Shown piece after piece: positions 31,049-42,115 of a DNA stretch of 64,000 nucleotides. The first letter of the stretch is position 1. Every line of letters starts with the position of its first letter. The translations under genes were made by a program, and so were the position numbers. The notes beneath the pieces were generated by a model. The model was not told where the DNA came from. It did not search any database and worked only from the letters and a program-made list of their open reading frames with translations. Source of the stretch: Candidatus Eiseniibacteriota bacterium (GTDB lineage Bacteria; Eisenbacteria; RBG-16-71-46; CAZAMP01); NCBI GenBank assembly GCA_965224245.1, contig OZ245046.1, forward strand, positions 960,001 to 1,024,000, in the 5' to 3' direction.

Positions 31049-34000
31049 ATGCTCCCGCCTGTTGCTTCCCCCGACCAACATGACGCCGGATCCTCGCGAC
31101 GCGATCTCTGCAATCGGATCGGGGTAGTCCCCTGCATCGTACTGCTCGTCCACGTGGTGGTCGCATCGGCGCGGGCCGGCTCCTACACCGAGGACTTCAC
31201 CACCACGACCTACATGGACCCCGCCGCGACGACGGCGGAGTGGGATACCGCGGGTGGGGAGATCCGATTGCCGGCATTCGCGCCCACGGTTCTCGCGACC
31301 GTCCCCGTGTTTCAACCCCAGGCGATCGCCACCGACGGTGACCTCGCCTACCTCATGGACAACAACGGGAACCTGGTCATCGTGGACATAGTGGTCCCCG
31401 AATCGCCGGTGGTTTGAAACACGCTGCCCCTGGGGACCACCGAGAACGCGGTGGAGGTTTCCGGCAATCTGGCCTACGTCGCATCGTCCACCGATGGGTT
31501 GCGTGTGATCGACGTGCAGTTCCATACGACGGCGGCGCAGCTCGGCTCCACGCCGACCGCACACTGGGCCTGGGACGTATCCGTTCACGGAGACGTGGCC
31601 TACGTGGCCGATGCGGACTCGGGTCTCACCGTGGTGGACGTGACCGTGCCGACGGCGCCCTCCGTCGTGGGTCGCGCCTCCCTGGGTGATCGATGCCGGG
31701 CCGTCGCGGTCGAAGGCGATCGCGCTTACGCGACATTCGAGGATTCGGGGCTGGTGGTATTCGACGTCGGGGACCCGGCCAGCCCCACCGTGATCGCGAC
31801 CCTGCCGCTGAGCAGCAACCTGCCCCGTGACGTCGCCGTTCTGGGAAACCGCGCGTATGTCGCTGATCTCGTCGATGGCCTGGTGATCGTGGATGTGACC
31901 GATCCCGCGTCTCCGGTGCAGCTCGGGTCGGTCCGGCCCGGCGGGAATCCGAAGTGCCTGGAGGTGAACGGGCATCTGGTCTACCTGGGCGACGGAGCCA
32001 GTCGCCTGGACGTGATCGACGTCACCGATGGTTCGAGTCCGGCGGTCGTGCTCAGTGTCACCGATCCCGCGATGCGGGTGTGGGACGTCGACGTGTCCGG
32101 AGATCTCGCCTACGTCGCGGATGCGGATGGGGGATTCCGGATCGTGGACGTTGCCGCCCCGGTGATGCTCCAGCGGGGTGGTGTGACCCTGGCGTCGGAT
32201 CCGGTGGACATCGACGTCGTGGGGGACCACGCGTTCATCGCCGCGTATGATCTCGACGTCGTGGACGTCTCCGATCCGGACATGCCGGTGAGACATGCCG
32301 CCACCGCCGTGGAACGGGGAATCTCGGCACGTGCGGTCCGCGTCTACGGTGACTATGCTTACGTGGGTCTGGCCGGAGTCGGGCTTGCCGTATACGACAT
32401 CTCGGATCCGATGAGCGCATCGATGATCACGTTCCGGCCCTTCGCACAGGACATCGAGGCGATGGTGATCGACGGAGATCATCTGTTCGCCGCCGATACC
32501 TTCGATGGTCTGGTCATCGTGGATCTGGCGAACGCGCCGTCCCCCTCGGTCGAAGGGACGATCTGGACCGGTGCCAACCCACTCGGCGTGGCCGTCGCCG
32601 GGAACCGAGCCTACGTGGTGGATGACGTCGGTTCACTCACGGTCGTCGACGTCACCGATCCAGCGGCCCCCGTCATTCTCGATGGGTTCAGCTGGCTCGG
32701 ACAGGTATTCGTGAATCTGGACGTTCATGGCAACCGGGCCCACGTCTGCGTGCACAATCCCGTCAGTACGTACGGAAGGGTGGCCACCTTCGGGATCACC
32801 GCGGAGTCACCGACCCTCCTGGAGACCTATGGCGGATCTCAGGAGTTCGCGGAGCAGGTTGCGAACGCCGTGACGCTGGCCGGTCAGCACTCGTACGTGG
32901 CTGCCCACAACGACCTGAACGATGAAGGGGGGCTGGAGATCTACGACCTCACGGTTGCTCCGGCCGTCAACGTGGACCGGGCCATTCTCGGCTACTCGAC
33001 GGACGTCGCCATTCAAGGAGATCATGCGTACGTCACACGGTGGAACGTCGCGCCGGGCGTCGCCGGCCTCGATGTCGTGCAGGTGTATCAGCGATCCTTC
33101 GAGAGTGACTCGTCCCGGACACAGTCCCTGACCGTGGCCGCGCCCCCCGAGGGTGACATCGTTCGTGTGAGACTCGAGGCGACGGAGACGGGCTCGCTCG
33201 ACTGGTACGTCACCGCGTCTGGCTCGAGCTGGACCGCGATCGAGCCGGGGGAGGGCTGGCACGGTTTGTCTCCCGGGATTGGACGGGATCTGCGGTGGCG
33301 CTCCGAGCATGTGCTGACGGATCTGACGGTCAGTCCGAGCTGCCAGCAGCTGACGCTCGACTGGCTGCTCGATGCCGCCCCGCTGAATGCGGTCGACGAC
33401 GTGCCCGACGATCAGGGCGGCTGGGTCAGGCTGAACATCAGCCGATCGGGGTATGACTTCGCCGATGAGACGCTGTTTCCGGTCACGGGTTACCAGGTGT
33501 ACCGGAGGGTCGACGACGTTTCCAGGCAGGCGGTCCTGGCGAATGCTCCCTCGGCGACGGCCTCGACGCTCATGGGCACACCCGTGCTCGCATCGCTCGG
33601 CCAGGCGTCCATCCGCCGATACGATGGACGCGACCACGTCGTGGGTGAACTCGTGCAATCGGGCGAGTTCCCACCCGGCGCCTGGGAGCTACTCGAGTTC
33701 CATGCCGCGACCCAGCAGCCGGACTACACGATACTGGCGCCCACCGTCGGCGACTCGACCGCGACCGGCGGCATCGACTGGTCGGTGTACCTCGTCACCA
33801 CGCACACGACCACACCGTCCGTGTGGTTCGCCAGTCAGCCCGACAGCGGCTACTCGGTGGACGACGTCGCGCCCGGTGTGCCGTCGGGTCTCGCTCTGGC
33901 GGGCATGGAGCTTTCCTGGGATGCCGCGCCGGAAGACGACTTCCAGTACCACACGGTCTACGGCTCGGAGAGCCCGACCTTCGAGGAGACGGCGACGCTC

Positions 34001-34426
34001 ATCGACCACACCGTGGATCCGATGTACGACGTATCCGGATCACTCTTCGGCTACTACCACGTGACGACCACCGATCATGCCGGCAACGAGGGCGAGGCGG
34101 CGAGCGTGGAAGGCATGCTCCTCTCATCGCCGGTCGTCCCGATCCCGACTTCATTTGCGGTGTCGACGGCCGGAGCGAATCCGTTCGGGAGCCGAGCGTC
34201 GCTATCGATGGCCCTCCCCGAGCCATCGAGCGTGCGGGTGGTGGTCCATGACGTCGGGGGACGCGTCGTACGGACCCTGGCGGAAGGAGCATACGCGGCC
34301 GGCTATCACTCGATCGTGTGGGATGCACGCGACGATGACGGCAGGCCCGTCGGCCCGGGCGTCTATTTCGCCCGGATCAAGGCCGGGGAGCACCAGGCGG
34401 TGCAGCGGCTCACGATGATCCGGTAG
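31049..34426 (+). pseudogene. LVIVD-repeat protein with 'DVPxDQGG' stalk and CTD, interrupted by one in-frame TGA (31415-31417)
   Basis: ORFs 30725..31417 and 31451..34426 are in the same frame: ...PESPVV*NTLPLGTTENAVEVSGNLAYV...; GGAG RBS before ATG 31049. Confidence 0.85.
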
Positions 34427-34594
34427 AGCCGGCACGGCACCTCACGGCCTACGCGTGATCTCGTGCGTCACCTGGAGCCGTTGCGGATCTGTATCTGCGT
34501 CGTATCAGACCTGGACCGGCCGGCGATCACGAGGCTCCCGGTTTGATATACTCGAGCTGCGCCCGATCGACGATGCCCACACCGGGAGATCCAC

Positions 34595-37500
34595 ATGCCC
34601 GATCGAGCCGCTTTCTTGCTCGCCGTCTTCGTTGCTGCACTTCCGATCACATCGACCGGCGAACCTCTCTCCTACGTCGAGGACTTCACGAGCACGGCGT
34701 TTCGTGACGCGTTCGGCACCACGGCATATTGGGACCCGGTGGCGGGCGAGCTTGGACTCTATCCGTTCGTCGCCAGCTCCATCGGCTCCGCAGCCACGAA
34801 CGAGAGCGCCGTCGACCTGTGGGTGAGTGGTGACCACCTGTACGTCGCCGACGAGTCTGCCGGACTGACCGTTCTGAGCATCGTGGTCGCGTCGAGTCCG
34901 ACCGTGGTCGGCGCCGTCGACACGCCCGGGCTTGCCCAGGCGCTGGCGGGCCAGGGAAACCACGTCTTTCTCGGTGACGGGGAGTCGGGCCTGGCGGTGA
35001 TCGACGTCGCCGATCCGACGAGCCCCACGATCGTGGGATCGATCGACACGCCGGGAGTCGCCGCCGACGTCGCCGTCGACGGTAATCATGCGTACGTGGC
35101 GGACTCGGGATCCGGGCTACAGATCGTGGAGGTGTCGGCACCATCCGGACCCACCATCGTGGGGGCGGTGGTGATCCCCGGCACATCGCTGGGGGTTCTC
35201 GTCGCCGGAGACATCGCGTACGTCGGAGCCGGCGATTCCGGAGTGCAGGTCGTGGACATCTCCGATCCCACGATGCCGAGCCTCGTCGGCTCGGTCGACA
35301 CGCCCGGTACCGCGCGCGGGCTTGCCGTCTCAGGTGACCGACTCTACGTCGCGGATGGGAGCGCCGGGCTCCGGGTCGTGAATGTCTCCTCTCCCGCGAG
35401 CCCCGTCATCGAGGGAGCCGTGGCCACGCCCGACGTGGCTCATGACGTTCGCGTCTCGGGGCGCCGGGCCTTCGTGGCGACCGGGAGCTCGGGGCTCCAG
35501 ATCGTCGACGTCACCGATCCTGGCAACCCGGTCATCGTGGATGCGCAGGACACTCCGGGCGACGCTCGTGCCCTCGCGATGTCCGGGCACCTCGCGTACG
35601 TGGCGGACTCGGGTTCGGGGCTCGACGTGATCGAGATCGAGATGGCGATCCCACTCACGTCTCTCTCGAACTACGACACGTCGGGCAGCGCCACGTCGAT
35701 CGTCGTATCGGGAGACGTCGCCTTCGTGGCGGACTATGGGGCTGGGATCGTCACGCTCGACGTCTCCGATCCGTCGGTGCCGATGCTCCTCGACAGCTAC
35801 GACACCCCCAACGTGGCACGGGATCTCGCCCTCTCGGGCGATGTGGCGTACGTCGCCGACGGGACGAGCCTCGTCGTGCTGGACGTCTCCGACCCTACGA
35901 ACCTCACGCTGCTCGGCACGTACGCCGGCAACGCGCAGGACGTGGCGATCTCCGGGAACACGGCGTACGTGGCGGACGGAGGCAACACCCTTCTCGTTCT
36001 CGACGTCTCGGATCCGAGCGTGCCCACGCTGGTCGGTAGCCTTCCGGGAATCGGCGCCGACGGAGTCGCCGTCGCCGGCGACGTCGCGTATGTCGCAAGT
36101 GATTCGGGGCTATCGTCCGTGGACGTGTCGGTTCCATCCTCACCGGTTCTACTCGGGAGCCTCGCCACGGCCGACTGGGCGCGCAAGGTCACGATCTCCG
36201 GGGATGTCGCCTACGTGGCGGCGCGGGACGCCGGCCTTCTGGCCATCGACGTGTCCGATCCTGCCGCGCTCGCATTCCTCGGCGCCTACGACACACCCGG
36301 CTCTGCACTTGGAGTCGCCGTTGCCGGCGACCTTGCCTTGGTGGCGGACTGGACCCGGGGGCTGGTCACGCTCGACGTCACCGATCCCACGTCGCCGACA
36401 CTGGCGCAGTCCTTCGAAACGCCGGGTAGCTCCTGGAACGTCGCGACGTCAGGAGACGACGTCTTTCTCGCCGATGGGAACTCCGGCCTCTACGTGCTCC
36501 AGGGGGCGCAGCGAGAACTCGATCCGCTCCGCAACGAAGGTCTGTCCATTCCGATCGATACCTCGAGCGAGAACGTGGCGTGGGTCCGGGTTTCGGCTAT
36601 GCAGGTCGGCGCGGTCACCTGGGAGATCAGCGCGGATGGTGGGAGCAGCTGGCTCTTCGTGAGTCCGCACGGAGGGTGGTCACGACTCCCGGACCCCGGC
36701 AGCGATCTGGTCTGGCACTCGAGTCACACCTGGGTTCCCACGCCCGGCCCGGACATCAACCCCACGGTTTCTCACCTTCAGATCGACTGGTATCACCAGG
36801 CCGCTTCGATCGACTCGATCGTGGACGTGCCCGAGGATCAGGGAGGTTGGGTTCGGCTCTACTTCACGCGATCGGGGTACGACTTCGAAGAGGAGTGGAT
36901 GACTCCGATCACGACCTACGTGGTGCAGCGGCGGGTGGACGATGCACAGCTCGTCTCGAGGGTTCGCACGGAGAGCCTCCCGCTCTCGACAGAGGCACCG
37001 CCACGGGTTCCGGCTCCGGACGTGGGAGCGGCTCCGGGAGGCGTCGATCGGACGTGGCGCCGACTCGAGGAGCGCGTCTTTTTCGAGGCCGTCGAAAGCA
37101 GGGCATCGGGCGGGGAGGCGGACGTCTGGGAGATCCTGGGCAGCTTCCCGGCCTTCAACGAGGAGAACTACGTCTATCTGGCGCCCACGGTGGCGGATTC
37201 CTCGGAGACGCTGCGGTACTCCGTCTATCGGGTGACGGCGCATACGGAGGTGCCGTCCGTCTGGTTCGCGAGCCTTCCCGACAGTGGCTATTCCGTGGAC
37301 AACATCGCTCCGAGCGTTCCGACCGGGCTCGCGCTCGTGGGCAACGACCTCTCGTGGGATGCCGCACCGGAATCAGACTTCGAGTACCACACCGTGTACG
37401 GATCGGCGGCTGCGGAGCTAGACCCGACGGCGACGGTGATCGGCTACACGGTCGTGCAGACGTTCGACGTGAGCGGTGAGTCTCACGCGTACTACCACGT

Positions 37501-37864
37501 GACGACGTCGGATCACGTGGGCAACGAGTCGGGTGCGGCCAGCGTCGAGGGTGATCTGCTTTCCTCGCCCGATGCGTTGCCACCCTCGGCGTTCGTGGTG
37601 TCGGCACCGGGACCGAACCCGTTCCGCGGCCATACGTCGCTGTCGATCGCGCTCCCCGAGGCAGGGAAGATGCGGATTGTCGTCTACGACACGAGTGGGC
37701 GAGCGGTGCGGACGCTGGTGGATGAAACATACACGGCAGCAGTCCATCGCGTGGTCTGGGACGGCCGCGACGATGGCGCATGGCTCGTCGGTCCGGGGGT
37801 CTATTTCGCGCGGATCACGGCGGGTACGTCCAGGGCCGAGCGTCGTCTCACGCTCATCAGATGA
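34595..37864 (+). CDS. LVIVD-repeat protein with 'DVPxDQGG' stalk and FlgD/T9SS-like CTD
   Basis: Signal peptide; YVEDFTSTAFRD; LVIVD repeats; DVPEDQGGWV...PDSGYSVDNIAP...YHVTTSDHVGNES; GPNPF...YDTSGR. Confidence 0.9.
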   Translation: MPDRAAFLLAVFVAALPITSTGEPLSYVEDFTSTAFRDAFGTTAYWDPVAGELGLYPFVASSIGSAATNESAVDLWVSGDHLYVADESAGLTVLSIVVASSPTVVGAVDTPGLAQALAGQGNHVFLGDGESGLAVIDVADPTSPTIVGSIDTPGVAADVAVDGNHAYVADSGSGLQIVEVSAPSGPTIVGAVVIPGTSLGVLVAGDIAYVGAGDSGVQVVDISDPTMPSLVGSVDTPGTARGLAVSGDRLYVADGSAGLRVVNVSSPASPVIEGAVATPDVAHDVRVSGRRAFVATGSSGLQIVDVTDPGNPVIVDAQDTPGDARALAMSGHLAYVADSGSGLDVIEIEMAIPLTSLSNYDTSGSATSIVVSGDVAFVADYGAGIVTLDVSDPSVPMLLDSYDTPNVARDLALSGDVAYVADGTSLVVLDVSDPTNLTLLGTYAGNAQDVAISGNTAYVADGGNTLLVLDVSDPSVPTLVGSLPGIGADGVAVAGDVAYVASDSGLSSVDVSVPSSPVLLGSLATADWARKVTISGDVAYVAARDAGLLAIDVSDPAALAFLGAYDTPGSALGVAVAGDLALVADWTRGLVTLDVTDPTSPTLAQSFETPGSSWNVATSGDDVFLADGNSGLYVLQGAQRELDPLRNEGLSIPIDTSSENVAWVRVSAMQVGAVTWEISADGGSSWLFVSPHGGWSRLPDPGSDLVWHSSHTWVPTPGPDINPTVSHLQIDWYHQAASIDSIVDVPEDQGGWVRLYFTRSGYDFEEEWMTPITTYVVQRRVDDAQLVSRVRTESLPLSTEAPPRVPAPDVGAAPGGVDRTWRRLEERVFFEAVESRASGGEADVWEILGSFPAFNEENYVYLAPTVADSSETLRYSVYRVTAHTEVPSVWFASLPDSGYSVDNIAPSVPTGLALVGNDLSWDAAPESDFEYHTVYGSAAAELDPTATVIGYTVVQTFDVSGESHAYYHVTTSDHVGNESGAASVEGDLLSSPDALPPSAFVVSAPGPNPFRGHTSLSIALPEAGKMRIVVYDTSGRAVRTLVDETYTAAVHRVVWDGRDDGAWLVGPGVYFARITAGTSRAERRLTLIR

Positions 37865-38003
37865 GCCCCGAGCCAGTCACCGACCCGGTACTGGTCAACC
37901 TCTCGACTGGTCCGAGTCCATCCGCTCCTGGTATGGTTGGGTTTTGCAGCATGCGAAGTGGCTGTCACTGAAGTCGATTCCGAAAGTGGTGAGGACCGGT
38001 GGG

Positions 38004-38741
38004 ATGGTGAGACAGACACGCGCCAGTGGCATGAGGTGGATGGCCCCGGCGGCGCTGCTGGCCACGACGACACCCCATGCGGCGATGGCCGAGGGCACCA
38101 TCGACCCGCTTCTGCACGGCATCGCGACGGTCCTGGCCCTCGGCGACGAGACGGGCGGTAGCAGCTCCGATTTCGTGGCCTGGGGCTCTTTCGCCGTGAC
38201 GCGGACCGACTCGCTGATCGTGGGGTCTGATCGAGTCGACGCCACCGCATTCGTCAGTGCGACGATCGAGCCATCTCGGGCTCACATCGTGATGGACGAG
38301 TCGGTGGACGCGGACGTGGCGCAGTCGACCGAGACGCCTCACCTGGCGCGTGCCACGACGAGCACGTCGTTCCAGCTGGAGGTGGACGAGCCCACCGAGT
38401 TTCGTCTTCTCGGCACCCTCCACGTCGACAGCCCGCCGGGGCACGTCCGGATCAGCATTCGGGATCAGGGGACGGACGAGTACGTCGTTCGCATGCTCTT
38501 CGACGAGCCTGTCGACGATCAGGACGTCGATCTGACCGGGTACCTGGAGCCGGGTGTGTACACGATGAGGCTCGCGGCCACGGCGAGCGTCACCCACGAG
38601 ACACCGGAGCGATCGTCGATCACGGGCGTCGACGTCATCTTCGAGTACGTCCTACCGAACACCCCCGTCCGAACACTGTCCTGGGGGGGTATCAAGCGGA
38701 TCCACCAGGGACACGCGGTCGGGTCGCCCGATACGCGCTGA
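38004..38741 (+). CDS. Secreted hypothetical beta-rich protein with short 'SWGGIK' tail
   Basis: GAGGA RBS; signal-like leader (...PHAAMA); ends NTPVRTLSWGGIKRIHQGHAVGSPDTR. Confidence 0.7.
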   Translation: MVRQTRASGMRWMAPAALLATTTPHAAMAEGTIDPLLHGIATVLALGDETGGSSSDFVAWGSFAVTRTDSLIVGSDRVDATAFVSATIEPSRAHIVMDESVDADVAQSTETPHLARATTSTSFQLEVDEPTEFRLLGTLHVDSPPGHVRISIRDQGTDEYVVRMLFDEPVDDQDVDLTGYLEPGVYTMRLAATASVTHETPERSSITGVDVIFEYVLPNTPVRTLSWGGIKRIHQGHAVGSPDTR

Positions 38742-38858
38742 CCGGAAGTGCCGCCAGGACCCGATCGGCGCGAATTGAGGCCTCGAGCCCACACGCGGTA
38801 CAATCCACCGACAGACCTCGCAAACGCGCCCCGCACTCACCCCCGTGGAGGCAAGACA

Positions 38859-41114
38859 ATGAGGTCGTATTGCGCGTCCGCACTCCTGATGTTGCTGATT
38901 CCGGCCCCGGCGTTCTCCCAGGACTGCATCGATTTCGGCGACTATCTGCGCTGGACGGGTAGCACGAGCTTGTCAGGGAACCCCAGTGACGTCCTCATCT
39001 CGGGCGATCATCTGTTCGTCACCGGCGCATTCGGCTTGCAGGTGTTCGATGTCTCCAGTCCGGAGGATCCGTTCATCGTGGGAACCGGAGCCCCGGGGGG
39101 CACTCTCGCAGTGGATGTCTGGGGCACGATCGCATACCTCGCCAAGGGCGACTCGGGTCTCATGCTGGTGGATGTCTCGGATCCGGCGAGTCCTCAGGTC
39201 GTCGGCAGCATCGACACCGCCATGTTCATCTGGACCGCGGACGACGTTGCCGTCTCCGGTTCTCACGCCTACGTGGCGAACTACTACTTCGACCTGACCG
39301 AGTTGAGCTACTCGTACAGCCTGCAGGTGATCGACGTCACGAATCCGGAGGATCCACAGATCGTCGGAAGCGTGGACACGCCCCGTGGGGCCACGCGGGT
39401 CACGGTCTCGGGCAATCACGCTTACCTGGCCGACGGCACGGGGCTGCAGATCGTCGACATCACCGACCCGACGGCCCCACAGCTCGCGGGCACCGCGGAT
39501 ACGCCGGGACTGGCCGTCGACGTGGCTGTCTCCGGCTCCGCCTCCCATGCCTACGTCGCGGACTCGGAGTCCGGGCTACAGGTCGTCGACGTTGCGGACC
39601 CCGTGAACCCGGTGATCGTCTCCGGCGTGGACACGCCATGGCCACTTGCCGTCAGCAGGGTCGCCGTATCAGGTAGCCGCGCCTTCGTGACGGAGGACTT
39701 CACCGGCTCCGGACTGGAGATCGGCGGACTGAAGGTGATCGACGTCGCGGATCCGGCGTCTCCGAACATCATCGGCAGCGTGGGCATGCTCGGAGTCGGG
39801 ACCGGCGTGACCGTGGCGGGGAGCAGCGCCTTCATCGCAGCGGCGTCCGACCCGTACTTCGACGCCAGTCTGCAGATAATCGACATCACGAGCCCCGAGA
39901 GCGTGCCCTTCGTCGGAGTCCTGAATACGCCAGGAGATGCCACCGACGTGTACGTGTCGGGTGAACGCGCCTACTTGACGGCCAGCCCCACGTACAACGT
40001 CACGAGCCTGCAGGTCGTCGACATCTCGTTGCCCCAGAATCCCCAGCTACTCGGCGCCGTGGACATGCCGGGCCTGGCCCGCAACGTCGCGGTCTGGGGT
40101 GACCATGCCTACGCGGCCGCGGACTCCGGTCTGTACGTGCTGGATGTGACCGTCTCCACAGACCCCCAGCTCGTGGCACATCTGGATGCGACCGACCAGC
40201 TTCGTGACGTGGCGGTCCTCGGCGCCTACGCCTTTCTCGCGGATCGGGACTTCGGCTTTCGGGTGGTCGACGTCTCTGAGCCCGAGGATCCTCAGCTCGC
40301 CTTCAGCCTGGCCACACCCGGGTCGGCCAGGGGAGTGGCCGTGCAGGATACGTACGCGTACGTCACGGACGGTGACCATGGCCTGCAGGTGATCGACATT
40401 TCGATCCCGGAGTCCCCCTGGATCGCCGGCAACGTGATCACCCCGGGATCGGCTACAGGGGTCGCGGTCTTCGAGTCCCATGCCTACGTCACCGACTCGG
40501 TTTCCGGACTGCAGCTCATCGACATCAGCGATCCGGAGCTCCCTCACATCATCAGCGCGGTGGATACGCCGTCGCATGGCGGGCGGGTGGCGCTCTCGAG
40601 ATTGCATGCCTACGTGTCGGACGGCATCACCGGTCTCCACATCATCGACGTCGCCGTTCCCGAGGCCCCGCTACTCGTGGCCAGCGTGGACATGCCGGGG
40701 GCCGCCGGCGGGGTCGCCCTCAGCCCCGAACATGTCCACGTCGCGCAGGCTCACCCGTACTTCGACTCGGGTCTGAGGGTGTTCGCGCGCGACTGCGGAG
40801 ACCTGAGTGCAACGTCCTCCGAGGTGCCGGCCATGGGGACTCGCCTCCTCACGGCTCATCCCAATCCGTTCAATCCCCGGACGACGATCGGCTTCGTGCT
40901 GCCGGAAGCGACCACGGTCAGTCTTCGCGTGTTCGACGTTTCCAGCCGGATGGTACACGTCATTCTGGAGAACGAGGCTGCTCCGGCTGGGCAGCACGAG
41001 GTGGTCTGGAATGGCAGGGACGAGTCGGGTCGCCAGCTAGCGTCGGGGACTTACTTCTATCGCCTCGAGGCCGTGGGCTACGCGGAGACCAGGAGCGTGG
41101 TGCTCGTGAGGTGA
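38859..41114 (+). CDS. LVIVD-repeat protein (paralog of 22306..24555) with FlgD/T9SS-like CTD
   Basis: GGAGG RBS; signal peptide; CIDFGDYLRWTG; LVIVD repeats; HPNPFNP...FDVS...WNGRD...SGTYFYRL. Confidence 0.9.
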   Translation: MRSYCASALLMLLIPAPAFSQDCIDFGDYLRWTGSTSLSGNPSDVLISGDHLFVTGAFGLQVFDVSSPEDPFIVGTGAPGGTLAVDVWGTIAYLAKGDSGLMLVDVSDPASPQVVGSIDTAMFIWTADDVAVSGSHAYVANYYFDLTELSYSYSLQVIDVTNPEDPQIVGSVDTPRGATRVTVSGNHAYLADGTGLQIVDITDPTAPQLAGTADTPGLAVDVAVSGSASHAYVADSESGLQVVDVADPVNPVIVSGVDTPWPLAVSRVAVSGSRAFVTEDFTGSGLEIGGLKVIDVADPASPNIIGSVGMLGVGTGVTVAGSSAFIAAASDPYFDASLQIIDITSPESVPFVGVLNTPGDATDVYVSGERAYLTASPTYNVTSLQVVDISLPQNPQLLGAVDMPGLARNVAVWGDHAYAAADSGLYVLDVTVSTDPQLVAHLDATDQLRDVAVLGAYAFLADRDFGFRVVDVSEPEDPQLAFSLATPGSARGVAVQDTYAYVTDGDHGLQVIDISIPESPWIAGNVITPGSATGVAVFESHAYVTDSVSGLQLIDISDPELPHIISAVDTPSHGGRVALSRLHAYVSDGITGLHIIDVAVPEAPLLVASVDMPGAAGGVALSPEHVHVAQAHPYFDSGLRVFARDCGDLSATSSEVPAMGTRLLTAHPNPFNPRTTIGFVLPEATTVSLRVFDVSSRMVHVILENEAAPAGQHEVVWNGRDESGRQLASGTYFYRLEAVGYAETRSVVLVR

Positions 41115-41182
41115 AAGGGAAGCAGCCCGTCGAGAGACACCGCTCGGTTGGTGAGTGATGACCGTGCGCCGGTTCGCTCGAG

Positions 41183-41297
41183 GATCCCGGATACGACGTG
41201 TCGGGAAGTCCGTACGCGTACTACCACGTGACGACGACCGATCACGGTGGCAACGAGGGGGAGGCCGCGAGCATCGACGGCGAGCTGCTCTCGTCGG
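41183..41297 (+). pseudogene. Orphan intergenic copy of the conserved pre-CTD stalk segment
   Basis: Translates DPGYDVSGSPYAYYHVTTTDHGGNEGEAASIDGELLSS, matching ~18143-18260, ~34016-34131 and ~37456-37570. Confidence 0.85.
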
Positions 41298-41351
41298 CTG
41301 ATGATGGGCGGCCGCCGGGAGGCGAGCACGAGTTTACGACGATCCGGCGAG

Positions 41352-41747
41352 CTACTGGGTCTCGGTCCTGAAGTTCATCGTTCCGCTCGCATCGTGAAAC
41401 GTGAGACCGATCGTCCACACGCCGGCCACTCCCTCGGCACTCATCTCACTGCCGCTGGCCTTGAGAGCGCTCGAGTAGACCTGCGTACCGTCGGCGTCGA
41501 GCAGCGTCATGGATGCGGTGCCTCCCGACAGGGCCGAGGAGTGATCGATGGATACGCGCGAGCCGGCACTCTGCCACGTGTATGACAGGATCGTGCTCAC
41601 GTTCGTCGCGTCGGTGACCTGGAACTGAAACGTCCCGGGCTCGTTCACGATCTCCGGCTCGAACTGATCGAGCGAGCTGGTCGTGGTGTCGCCGGAGCAG
41701 CCGGCCACCAGCAGGGCGGCCGCGAGGGTCGCGAGGAGTTTTCGCAT
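41352..41747 (-). CDS. Small hypothetical lipoprotein
   Basis: MRKLLATLAAALLVAG-C lipobox; Ser/Thr-rich beta domain. Confidence 0.8.
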   Translation of the reverse strand: MRKLLATLAAALLVAGCSGDTTTSSLDQFEPEIVNEPGTFQFQVTDATNVSTILSYTWQSAGSRVSIDHSSALSGGTASMTLLDADGTQVYSSALKASGSEMSAEGVAGVWTIGLTFHDASGTMNFRTETQ

Positions 41748-42115
41748 GGTTCCCATCCCTCGTGGGGGGTAATGGCGTTCGTTCTCCCCCTTTCGGCAGG
41801 TTGCCCACCGTTTCCGAGGACTGAATCGCCCGATGGCGGACGACGGCCGACGTGGGTCCTGATGGCGCAGCGCACCCGTCCATCGTGAGGCAGCGGCTGC
41901 CCGATGACGAACCCTAACGCGGTCACGCGCTCCAGAGCGTAGGGGGACTTCCTGTTTGGAATGGCGTTCGGTTGATCCGGTGTGGGGTGGTGAGGTGCAG
42001 CCTCTCGCCCGTCATCTTCACCGTGATCCATTGAGGTCCACCCGAGCGTGACGGAGCCTCGGGCAGTTGCGGCGCATCGATTGGCGGAAGCACTGACGCC
42101 AACTTCGGTGGCGCG

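Noticed and set aside
984-41190. CGAGGATCC near several breakpoints (984, ~7480, 41179) and inside the repeat element
   Set aside because: The same word is common inside intact genes here (Glu-Asp-Pro / Arg-Ile codons), so there is no evidence of enrichment
41352-41747. Lipoprotein as the Rhs immunity protein
   Set aside because: About 370 bp from the Rhs stop, not translationally coupled, and no immunity-family motif recognised; cannot be supported
41770-41830. Minus-strand GGAAAC...GGGCAACCTGCCGAAAGG upstream of the lipoprotein, faintly like c-di-GMP riboswitches
   Set aside because: Lacks the GACGCAAAGC / second-stem features of class I and the pseudoknot elements of class II; needs an Infernal search
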